Positions 9,633 to 17,591 are shown, numbered from the stretch's first letter. The stretch: DNA of 19,695 nt from Deferribacterales bacterium (GCA_050253335.1 JBFWJG010000043.1:1-19695), one strand, 5' to 3'. Made by a program: numbers and translations. The notes: generated by a model not told the origin, from the sequence alone.

Positions 9633-10734
9633 CTGCGCCTCCGTTTATTCTGTATTTGCCGTCAATGTCGCAAATTATAACCCCTTCAAGCTCCAGCTCG
9701 CTGAGGATAACCATCATATCGCCGACTTTCATTGCTGCTGTGATGCAAAGCTCGTCTCTGTTCAGGGGGCCTTTTGCAAGGAGGTTATAGATTTTGTGCT
9801 TTTCAGGACTGTCAAAGACTATATTACTCTCTTCTTGTTTGTCAATGAATTTTCCCCTCGGCAGAAGGCGGCTGAACTCCTCCACAACGTCGTAATAGCT
9901 CTCTATGAGCCTTGCCCCGTTCTTGATCAGGTCGTTGGTTGCCCGGTTTCTGCTGTCCGGCGAGGCGGGCACTGCGAACACTTCCCTGCCCTGTTCGTTT
10001 GCGTATCTGGCGGTGATGAGTGAGCCGCTTTTTGTGGAGGCTTCCACAACAACAACACCGTGGGAAACTCCGCTTATTATCCTGTTGCGTATGGGGAAGT
10101 TGCGCGCGTGAGGCGGCTCGTCCAACGGAAATTCGCTTAAAAAACAGCCGGATTCGCATACCCTGTCCGCATATCTGGCGTTTGATTCGGGATAAAGGTT
10201 CATAAGCCCGCAGCCGAGAACCGCCGTTGTATATCCTTTTTTAAGGGCACCCCTGTGGGCGTGTATATCTATTCCGGCGGCAAAGCCGCTTACCACATTG
10301 AACCCGACCTCAGCCAGATCCTCCGCTAGTTTTTCGGTGTAGGCCATTGATGTGCGGGAGGCGTTTCTGGAACCCACAACAGCTATGCAGGGCATACGCA
10401 GGGGCTCAAGCCTCCCCCTGCTGAAAAGCACGGCGGGCGGGGAGTGAATCTCCCTGAGCATGGGCGGATAGCCGCCCTCTTCTATTGTTGTGATGTCTAT
10501 ATTATGTTTCCGTGCGAGATTTATCTGGTCTTCAACAAATTTCCTGTCCACATTGCGGCTTATCACCGCCTGTGCCTGACGCTGATTGAATCCGGCTTCG
10601 GCAAGCTCCGTCACTCCGAGGTCAAACACGCCGTCCAGCGTGCCCAGCCTCCCCAGAACTTTCGAAACTGTCTCATCGCTTATCCCTTTTACGGATTTCA
10701 GCGCGAGGTAAGTATAAGCCAGACGGAAATTCAA
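9607..10734 (-). CDS. dprA: DNA-processing protein DprA (Smf)
   Basis: 375 aa, TTG start; YP.MLREI..PP.VLF, AVVGSR, VSGFAAGID..AH, FPIRNRIISG, VVEA..KSGSLITA, GREVFAVP. Confidence 0.95.
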   Translation of the reverse strand: MNFRLAYTYLALKSVKGISDETVSKVLGRLGTLDGVFDLGVTELAEAGFNQRQAQAVISRNVDRKFVEDQINLARKHNIDITTIEEGGYPPMLREIHSPPAVLFSRGRLEPLRMPCIAVVGSRNASRTSMAYTEKLAEDLAEVGFNVVSGFAAGIDIHAHRGALKKGYTTAVLGCGLMNLYPESNARYADRVCESGCFLSEFPLDEPPHARNFPIRNRIISGVSHGVVVVEASTKSGSLITARYANEQGREVFAVPASPDSRNRATNDLIKNGARLIESYYDVVEEFSRLLPRGKFIDKQEESNIVFDSPEKHKIYNLLAKGPLNRDELCITAAMKVGDMMVILSELELEGVIICDIDGKYRINGGAGGKICDCT

Positions 10735-10746
10735 TATGCCTTTCCT

Positions 10747-11883
10747 TTATTCAAAATACTTGTGTATGCCGTAGGCAAGCCTGATCCACATGTTCGCCGA
10801 AGCCGTAACAGTAGGGATCGGCACGTAAAAATCTCCGCTGTGCAGCGGCGGATGGCTCCCCTTCTCATTTGCCCCCGTCCAGAGAAAAACCCCTTTCACA
10901 AGCCTCACATACTCGGAAAAGTCCTCACCGCCGAGGGTGAGCTTGTCATAGGGAATGCGGGGAAGATTCTCGGCATCCGCAAGACCGCATATGAACGCCG
11001 CAAGGGAAGGGTCATTTATCACGGGATGCGTGCCGTCCTTTATATCAAGCTCAATCTTAACTCCGTAGAGTTCTTCAATGCTCAATGCGAGGGATTTCAG
11101 CCCCTTTTCGATAACCGCCTTAACTTCCGGATGGAAATAGCGGAAAGTGCCTTTCAGCTCGACTTTATCAGGGATAATGTTGTCCGCGCTTCCGCCGTGT
11201 ATGCTACCGAAGGATATAAGGCCGGGGAGTGTCGGGTCTTTCAGACGGCTGACAATCATCTGCGCCTTTGTCACATAGTCCGCGGCGGCGGTGATTGTGT
11301 CATTGCCGAGGTGGGGCATGGCGGCGTGGGTGGCTCTGCCTGTGAAGGTGAGCGCTATATGGTGGGAACCTGCCATGCAGGGGCCTGATTTAACAGCGGA
11401 TTTCCCCATGGGGATCTCGTTTTCGGCATGGGCGGCGAAGATGCAGTCCACACCGGCAAGACAGCCCTTTTCTATCATAAACTTAGCACCGCTGACTATC
11501 TCTTCCGCGGGCTGAAAAATGTAGCGGATATTTACTTTAGGTTTGGTTTCGCTCCTCTGCACAGCTTCCAGAAGAAGGAGAAGGGCGGCCATGTTGTGAT
11601 GATGCCCGCAGAGGTGCTTATATTCAGTTTTTTCGGGATTGGCAGGAAGAGCGTCGATATCCGCCCTGAAGGCGACTGTTTTTTCAGCGCCGAAATCCAG
11701 AGTGCCGTAGCAGCCTGTATCAAAAACATGGGAAGGGGTTATCCCGTTTTTCTCCAGAAAGGACACTATGTATTTTGTTGTCTGGTATTCCTTGAATGAC
11801 GGTTCCGCAAGAACAGCCAGATCGTCCATGAGCCTTACGGCGAGCCCCTGATCGGGCTGAATTCGGTCTGCCGGCATGAGCAT
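10747..11883 (-). CDS. M20 family amidohydrolase (peptidase M20D-like)
   Basis: 378 aa; RADIDALP, HLCGH, FQPAEE, GRATHAAMPH, GGEDFS, PLHS; strong GGAGGA SD. Confidence 0.9.
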   Translation of the reverse strand: MLMPADRIQPDQGLAVRLMDDLAVLAEPSFKEYQTTKYIVSFLEKNGITPSHVFDTGCYGTLDFGAEKTVAFRADIDALPANPEKTEYKHLCGHHHNMAALLLLLEAVQRSETKPKVNIRYIFQPAEEIVSGAKFMIEKGCLAGVDCIFAAHAENEIPMGKSAVKSGPCMAGSHHIALTFTGRATHAAMPHLGNDTITAAADYVTKAQMIVSRLKDPTLPGLISFGSIHGGSADNIIPDKVELKGTFRYFHPEVKAVIEKGLKSLALSIEELYGVKIELDIKDGTHPVINDPSLAAFICGLADAENLPRIPYDKLTLGGEDFSEYVRLVKGVFLWTGANEKGSHPPLHSGDFYVPIPTVTASANMWIRLAYGIHKYFE

Positions 11884-11941
11884 ATCCTCCTCACCTTTTG
11901 CTAATTTACTTACTGAAAAACATTAAGGTCAAGAAAAAAAA

Positions 11942-12019
11942 CGTCACTCTGAGCAAAGCGAAGAGTCTCCGGAAGTATATTTACAGCGGCTGAGATGCTT
12001 CACTCCGTTCAGCATGACG
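11942..12019. repeat. Inverted pair of REP-like GTCA...TCTC elements
   Basis: cgtcactctgagcaaagcgaagagtctc (11942-11969) and the inverted copy at 11992-12019 (reverse complement cgtcatgctgaacggagtgaagcatctc), 20/28 identical; third copy at 17475-17507. Confidence 0.8.
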
Positions 12020-12068
12020 ATTGATGCGATCTCAGCCACCCAAGATTTTCCATCCGTGGAAGTATACG

Positions 12069-12113
12069 TTAATTATATTCGAAGACCTCGGTTCCTGCGG
12101 GAGCTGTCGGTTC
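12069..12113 (-). repeat. Diverged duplicate of the last 45 nt of lolA
   Basis: 42/45 identical to 12507-12551; translates EPTAPAGTEVFEYN* versus EPTVPAGTEVFEYN*. Confidence 0.93.
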
Positions 12114-12123
12114 TGTTTTAACA

Positions 12124-12502
12124 ACATAAATCCGTGCGTCCTGCCGGATTTATGTACACGCTCGCGGTTTGCAAAGCAAACCTTCGCTGCGCACGGCGCA
12201 TTGTCTTCTCTTAATAATCCAAAATTTGCCGTCCATGGAAATTTTGGATACACGCTCGCGGCGGGATGAACCCGCCTTCGCTGCGCACGGCGCATTGTCT
12301 TCTCTTAATAATCCAAAATTTGCCGTCCATGGAAATTTTGGATACACGCTCGCGGCGGGATGAACCCGCCTTCGCTGCGCACGGCGCATTGTCTTCTCTT
12401 AATAATCCAAAATTTGCCGTCCATGGAAATTTTGGATACACGCTCGCGGCGGGATGAACCCGCCTTCGCTGCGCACGGCGCATTTCCATCCTTGGAAATG
12501 TG
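12124..12502 (-). repeat. 94-bp tandem array of the GGA-hairpin repeat family (four cores)
   Basis: tacacgctcgc starts at 12155, 12249, 12343 and 12437. The units are identical except for the central 17-nt hairpin of the first core. Confidence 0.97.
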
Positions 12503-12506
12503 CGGC

Positions 12507-13106
12507 TTAATTATATTCGAAGACCTCTGTGCCTGCGGGAACTGTCGGTTCAAATACTTTTTTATCTATGTCGGCGTTAAGCTGGATGTTGGTGAAGGTC
12601 ACCTCGGTTCTGTTGCCCGTGGGGTCTTCGCTGATAACTTTTGTTATCCTGCTGCCGTCTGTCTCAACTTTTATATATCTCACGCCTATGTCGCTCAGGG
12701 GCACAAGGTTCAGAACATTCTCCCCGCTCAGCGTCACATGGAAGTTTTTGCGGATGTTGCCTATGTCAAGCATAAGCCTTGTTATGGCATTCTGGTTGCC
12801 TTCGGCGTTTTTCTGGCGGACAAGCTGGCGTATTTCGCTGTCGTAGTAGTCCACTCTGTCGGATGTGAAAAGATAATACTGTCTGTAAGGATAGCTGTAG
12901 TCCCACAGGGCGCGGTATTTGTTGATAACGTAAATCCTGCCCACATATTCGTCCTTGCCGAAGTTTTCTATCTCGGTAATCTGTCTGAAATCAGCCCTGT
13001 AGCTTTGCAGGTTGCTGAATGAACCGAGTATTTCGTCTATTGTTGCGCCGAACGCGCTGACGCTTATGAATAAAGCCGTCATTATCATGATTATTTTTTT
13101 CTTCAT
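12507..13106 (-). CDS. lolA: Outer-membrane lipoprotein carrier protein LolA family
   Basis: 199 aa; signal peptide; ADFRQ, G.IYV, WDYSYP..Q, D..GNRT...F..I..N, F....P.G..V motifs; GGAGG SD. Confidence 0.8.
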   Translation of the reverse strand: MKKKIIMIMTALFISVSAFGATIDEILGSFSNLQSYRADFRQITEIENFGKDEYVGRIYVINKYRALWDYSYPYRQYYLFTSDRVDYYDSEIRQLVRQKNAEGNQNAITRLMLDIGNIRKNFHVTLSGENVLNLVPLSDIGVRYIKVETDGSRITKVISEDPTGNRTEVTFTNIQLNADIDKKVFEPTVPAGTEVFEYN

Positions 13107-13131
13107 TCAAACCTCCGCCTGAATCAGCCGT

Positions 13132-13159
13132 ATCATATTCCGACATTTATAAGTGTCAA
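13132..13159 (-). promoter_or_regulatory. Candidate sigma70 promoter of lolA
   Basis: Minus-strand TTGACA (13159-13154), 16-nt spacer, TATGAT (13137-13132). Confidence 0.55.
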
Positions 13160-13433
13160 AGGTTTTATTAAGTTTCAAAAAAACAGCCGGAACCGCATCA
13201 GGGTCAATATATGCATTCTTAATAGAAATATTCATTTATAATCAATATTTAACACCATGCCAAAAATATACCCCTGTTTAATTATCGATAAAACCTATCA
13301 TAACCACCCCCATTCCTTAAAAAATAATTCAAAACACCATTCTTCATCATTTTTTATTATCTATACCTATTTATACACTGTTTCAATATTATGGAGCCGG
13401 AAAAATAAGCCGTATACCCTTATATTTTAGGGC

Positions 13434-13462
13434 TTGACATCAATAATACATTATTTTATTAT
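13434..13462 (+). promoter_or_regulatory. Sigma70 promoter of pyc
   Basis: TTGACA, 17-nt spacer, TATTAT; 30 nt upstream of the ATG; GAGGA SD. Confidence 0.7.
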
Positions 13463-13492
13463 CGAATACTTTAACAATAACGAGGATAGCTT

Positions 13493-16400
13493 ATGCGCAT
13501 AAAGAAGCTTATGTCTGCCAACAGGGGCGAAATTGCCATCAGAACTTTCCGTGCCTGTACCGAGCTCGGAATCCGCACTGTCGCGGTTTATTCCACGGAA
13601 GACCGTTACTCCCTCCACAGATATAAAGCAGATGAAGCTTACCATATAGGACGCGGGCTTGACCCGGTGGCCGCATACCTCAATATTGACGAAATAGTTG
13701 AACTCGCCGTGCGCGAAAACATAGACGCCATACACCCCGGCTACGGCTTCCTTGCCGAAAACGCTGACTTCGCCGCAGCCTGCGAGGACAAGGGGATCAT
13801 TTTTGTCGGTCCCTCCCCCGAAACAATCAGAATCTTCGGAGACAAGAAAAGCGCCAAGGATCTCGCCCTCTCCTGCGGAGTGCCTGTAATCAGAGGCTCC
13901 AAAGGGGTGATAAAAGACCTTGCGGAGGCGAAGAAAACCGCCGCCGACATAGGTTTTCCTGTCCTGCTCAAAGCCATTGCAGGCGGAGGGGGAAGAGGAA
14001 TCCGCATAGCAAGGGACGACAAGGAACTTGCGGACAACTTTGACTCCGCCAAAAGCGAAGCCCTCAAGGCATTCGGCAACGGCGATATTATAATTGAGAA
14101 ATATATCGAAAAGCCCAAACATATAGAGGTTCAGCTTCTGGGTGACAGAGGCGGAAACGTAATCCACCTTTTCGAGCGTGACTGTTCGGTTCAGCGCAGG
14201 CATCAGAAGCTTATTGAGATAGCCCCCTCCATCAATGTTCCGCAGACAACCCTTGATAAAATGTACGAGGCATCCATAGCCATCGGCAAGGCATCCGGCC
14301 TCAAAAACGCCGCCACTGTCGAATTTCTTGTGGACAAAAACAACGACTTCTACTTTCTGGAGGTCAACCCCCGCATTCAGGTTGAGCACACGGTAACAGA
14401 GCTCATAACCGGAATAGATATAGTCCAGAGCCAGATTTTCATCAGCGCCGGCGAGCTTATGTCCGACCCGAATACAGACATTAAGTCTCAGGACGCAGTA
14501 ACAAAATCCGGCTACGCTATCCAGTGCCGTGTAACCACGGAAGACCCCGCAAACAATTTCATGCCTGACACAGGGGAAATAGAGGCCTACAGGATAGCCA
14601 CAGGCTTCGGTGTGCGTCTGGACGCGGGCAACGGCTTCGCCAACGCTAAAATAACGCCTCATTACGACTCGCTTCTGGTTAAGGTTTCAACCCATTCTCT
14701 TCAGTTTCACAGAGCAGTGAGCAAAATGAGCCGCTCCCTGAGCGAGTTCAGGATCAGAGGGGTGAAAACCAACATACCTTTCCTTGAAAAAGTAATAAAC
14801 CACAAGGATTTCCTTGAGGGCAACATATGCACCACCTTTGTGGACAATACGCCGGAGCTTTTCCAGTTTCCCGTACCCAAGGACAGGGCAACCAAGGCGC
14901 TTATGTTCCTTGCCAATAATATTGTGAACAACCCTTCCGGAGTGAAGCTCACCCCTGAACGCATACTGCCGAAGACCGATGCTCCTCTGATCCCTTACGG
15001 AGAAAAAATACCCTCCGGCACAAGGGACATACTCATGCGCAGCGGTTTGCAGGGAGTGATGGATCACATCCGCAATTCAAAAGAGATCCTCTTCACCGAC
15101 ACAACATTCAGAGACGCCCACCAGTCGCTCCTCGCCACCAGAGTGCGCACAAACGACATGCTGAAAATCTCCGATGCTTACGCGAGGCACCTCAGCCAGC
15201 TTTTCTCTCTGGAGATGTGGGGCGGCGCGACATTCGATGTGGCATACAGATTCCTCAAGGAATCGCCGTGGGACAGGCTCCGCCTTCTCCGTGAACGCAT
15301 TCCGAATGTCCTTTTCCAGATGCTTCTGCGCGCCTCAAACGCCGTGGGCTACACCAATTACCCCGATAACGTGGTAAAGGCGTTCATCAAGCAGGCCTCA
15401 GAATCGGGCATAGATGTTTTCAGGATTTTCGACTGCTTCAACTGGACGGAACAGATGATCCCCGCCATTGAGGAAGTGAAGAAAAACGGCCGCATAGCGG
15501 AGGCGGCAATCTGCTACACAGGGGACATAGAAAACCCCGCCAAAACAAAATACTCCCTCAAATACTATACAGGACTCGCAAAAGAGCTCGCTGACGCAGG
15601 AACCGACATAATAGGAATCAAAGACATGGCGGGGCTTCTCAAGCCTTACGCCGCTAAAACCCTTGTGAAAGCCATCAAGGAGGAGACAGGACTCCCTGTC
15701 CACTTCCACACCCACGACACAAGCGGAAACGGCGAGGCCGCAGTGCTCATGGCAATCGAAGGCGGAGCGGACATTGTTGACGCCGCCATAAGCTCCATGA
15801 GCGGGCTAACGAGCCAGCCGAACCTGAACTCAATACTCGCCGCCACTGCCTTCACCAAAAAAGCGTCCTCTGTTGATGCTGAATGGAGCCAGAAGGTTTC
15901 CGACTATTTTGAGCGTGTGCGCCGCTACTACTTCCCTTTTGAAAGCGGGCTCAAATCCGCTACAGCGGAGGTCTACAAGCATGAGATCCCCGGCGGGCAG
16001 TATTCCAACCTCATAGTTCAGGTTGAGGCGATGGGGCTTATCGACCGCTGGGAAGAGGTGCGCAACATGTACGCACAGGTGAACGCGGAACTGGGGGACA
16101 TAATAAAAGTTACCCCTTCATCCAAAGTTGTGGGCGATTTTGCACTATTTCTCGTTAGAAACAATCTTTCCGTTGACGATATATATGACAAGAGTGATAC
16201 ACTTTCATATCCGGATTCCGTTGTGTCCTTCTTTCAGGGGATGCTCGGACAGCCTTACGGAGGCTTTCCATACAGACTGCAGAAGGCTGTTCTGAAGGAT
16301 GAAAAGGCAATAACAGAGCGTCCGGGCGACGCACTGCCTCCCTTCGATTTCGAGGCTGCCCGCTCGGAGCTGAAAAAACTGTTCGGACGAGACTTCAGCA

Positions 16401-16927
16401 ATGAAGAAGTTCTGGCGTATGCCCTTTATCCGGCTGTGTTCAAGGATTTCGTAAAATTCACTGCCGAATACGGAGACCCTTCAGTTTTTGATACGAAATC
16501 TTTCTTCTACCCCTTACGCAAGGAAGAAGAGATAGAAGTGAAAATTGAACAGGGCAAAACGCTGATAATAAAGTACCTCGGCGAAAGTATGCCTGATGAG
16601 AAGGGTTACCGTAAGGTTTACTTTGAGCTGAACGGAACCCCCCGCACGGTTAAAATAAAAGATAACACATTGACAGATATTATAAAGTCAAATATTAAAG
16701 GTGAACTGGGCAACCCGCAGGACATATGCGCCACAATGCCCGGAACAATAACCAAAATAAACGTGAAAAAAGGCGACAAAATCAGCAAAGGAGATCTCCT
16801 TGCCGTGACAGAAGCCATGAAAATCGAGACCAAAATTTCCGCCGCATCCGGCGGTGAAGTTGCAGAAGTCCTCCTTAACCAAGGGGATAAGATTGAGGCG
16901 GGCGACCTCATAATAAAACTGAGCTGA
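13493..16927 (+). CDS. pyc: Pyruvate carboxylase (single chain)
   Basis: 1144 aa; biotin carboxylase domain (ANRGEIA, HPGYGFLAEN, RDCSVQRRHQK), carboxyltransferase domain (DTTFRDAHQSL, WGGATFD, HTHDT, KVTPSSK), C-terminal biotin carrier domain EAMKIE. Confidence 0.98.
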   Translation: MRIKKLMSANRGEIAIRTFRACTELGIRTVAVYSTEDRYSLHRYKADEAYHIGRGLDPVAAYLNIDEIVELAVRENIDAIHPGYGFLAENADFAAACEDKGIIFVGPSPETIRIFGDKKSAKDLALSCGVPVIRGSKGVIKDLAEAKKTAADIGFPVLLKAIAGGGGRGIRIARDDKELADNFDSAKSEALKAFGNGDIIIEKYIEKPKHIEVQLLGDRGGNVIHLFERDCSVQRRHQKLIEIAPSINVPQTTLDKMYEASIAIGKASGLKNAATVEFLVDKNNDFYFLEVNPRIQVEHTVTELITGIDIVQSQIFISAGELMSDPNTDIKSQDAVTKSGYAIQCRVTTEDPANNFMPDTGEIEAYRIATGFGVRLDAGNGFANAKITPHYDSLLVKVSTHSLQFHRAVSKMSRSLSEFRIRGVKTNIPFLEKVINHKDFLEGNICTTFVDNTPELFQFPVPKDRATKALMFLANNIVNNPSGVKLTPERILPKTDAPLIPYGEKIPSGTRDILMRSGLQGVMDHIRNSKEILFTDTTFRDAHQSLLATRVRTNDMLKISDAYARHLSQLFSLEMWGGATFDVAYRFLKESPWDRLRLLRERIPNVLFQMLLRASNAVGYTNYPDNVVKAFIKQASESGIDVFRIFDCFNWTEQMIPAIEEVKKNGRIAEAAICYTGDIENPAKTKYSLKYYTGLAKELADAGTDIIGIKDMAGLLKPYAAKTLVKAIKEETGLPVHFHTHDTSGNGEAAVLMAIEGGADIVDAAISSMSGLTSQPNLNSILAATAFTKKASSVDAEWSQKVSDYFERVRRYYFPFESGLKSATAEVYKHEIPGGQYSNLIVQVEAMGLIDRWEEVRNMYAQVNAELGDIIKVTPSSKVVGDFALFLVRNNLSVDDIYDKSDTLSYPDSVVSFFQGMLGQPYGGFPYRLQKAVLKDEKAITERPGDALPPFDFEAARSELKKLFGRDFSNEEVLAYALYPAVFKDFVKFTAEYGDPSVFDTKSFFYPLRKEEEIEVKIEQGKTLIIKYLGESMPDEKGYRKVYFELNGTPRTVKIKDNTLTDIIKSNIKGELGNPQDICATMPGTITKINVKKGDKISKGDLLAVTEAMKIETKISAASGGEVAEVLLNQGDKIEAGDLIIKLS

Positions 16928-17033
16928 CGAAGGCTTTTGACGGAAGTCCCCCTTCACTGACGAAAAGTCCGTCAGCTCTCGGCGTAGTCTGAATTGGGCG
17001 ATTCAGGCTAAGTTCCTTCCAGCTTGAGGGTTA

Positions 17034-17070
17034 AGGCGGTTCCGGTTTTCCGGGGCCGCCTCCCCTCTTT
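17034..17070 (+). terminator. GC-rich hairpin, possible terminator downstream of pyc
   Basis: aggcggttccgg-tttt-ccggggccgcct; only a weak T tract follows. Confidence 0.45.
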
Positions 17071-17077
17071 ACTATTA

Positions 17078-17292
17078 ATGCCAAATTCCCTTCCATGGGA
17101 ATTTGACATACACGCTCGCGGTCTGCAAAGCAGACCTTCGCTTCGCACGGCGCAGTTCCATCCTTGGAACTGTGACAATTAGCCGAACTCAGGTTCCGCT
17201 GAAATCTCCGCAATAAATTGCTCCGATTCGCTCCACGGACACGTCCATGTGTCTGTTGCTTCGCGCGGCGCAGTTCCGTCCCTAGAACTGTG
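17078..17292 (-). repeat. GGA-hairpin repeat family: full copy (17078-17174) plus a partial copy (17235-17292)
   Basis: Core tacacgctcgc-ggtctgcaaagcagacc-ttcgcttcgcacggcgca at 17109-17154, flanked by hairpins with TCC loops (GGA on the minus strand). Confidence 0.92.
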
Positions 17293-17334
17293 AGGCTATT
17301 TCAAATAAAGGTATTTAGTTTAAACGGCAATAAC

Positions 17335-17369
17335 TTCCCCCTTTGACAAAGGGGGAGAGAGGGGGATTT
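17335..17369. repeat. CCCCCTTT-N-AAAGGGGG..AGGGGGATTT type palindromic REP-like element
   Basis: tccccctttgacaaaggggga perfect inverted repeat followed by gagagggggatttt. Confidence 0.65.
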
Positions 17370-17474
17370 TCATAGTTCTGAACAGATATCCGCTGTGTTT
17401 TTATCAAACGAAAATAATACCTTCTTTACGCAAGGCTGTTTCACCGCCGCGTTCTCCTCATAGACACAGCAATC

Positions 17475-17507
17475 CGTCATGCTGAACCCGAAGGGTGAAG
17501 CATCTCA
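17475..17507 (+). repeat. GTCA...TCTC REP-like element, single copy
   Basis: cgtcatgctgaac-ccgaagg-gtgaagcatctca matches the reverse complement of 11991-12019 except in the central loop. Confidence 0.85.
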
Positions 17508-17520
17508 AACTTCCCGCTCC

Positions 17521-17591
17521 AAAAACTACATCCTGTGTTTTTTACGCACACGCTCGCGCCGTGGTAAACACGGCTTCGCTTCGCACGCGCA
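17521..17591 (-). repeat. GGA-hairpin repeat family copy immediately downstream of uvrC
   Basis: Hairpin aaaaactacatcctgtgttttt, then core cacacgctcgc-gccgtggtaaacacggc-ttcgcttcgcacgcgca (17547-17591). Confidence 0.9.

Noticed and set aside
12155..12484. CRISPR array
   Set aside because: The sequence between cores is identical rather than unique spacers, the 94-bp period is long, cores are dispersed singly elsewhere, and no cas genes are in the window.
12021..12553. Multiple short ORFs across the array
   Set aside because: These are frame-shifted translations of the 94-bp repeat (94 is not a multiple of 3) with no protein-like features.
3429..14662. Long antisense ORFs (3429-4379, 10444-11388, 13451-14662 and similar)
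   Set aside because: These are shadow frames opposite well-supported genes, with no recognisable motifs.
16924..16966. Hammerhead ribozyme from the CTGACGA motifs
   Set aside because: There is no stem II followed by GAAA and no stem I/III arrangement with a cleavage triplet.
17078..17256. G-U wobble bias as evidence for the functional strand of the GGA family
   Set aside because: The wobbles are mixed: the 17078 hairpin favours the minus strand, while the 17235 and 12478 hairpins favour plus. It was not used as evidence.
17369..17393. Decayed duplicate of the uvrC 3' end, analogous to the lolA case
   Set aside because: Only short matches (gcgga, tatc, tcagaact) that need several gaps; not distinguishable from chance by eye.
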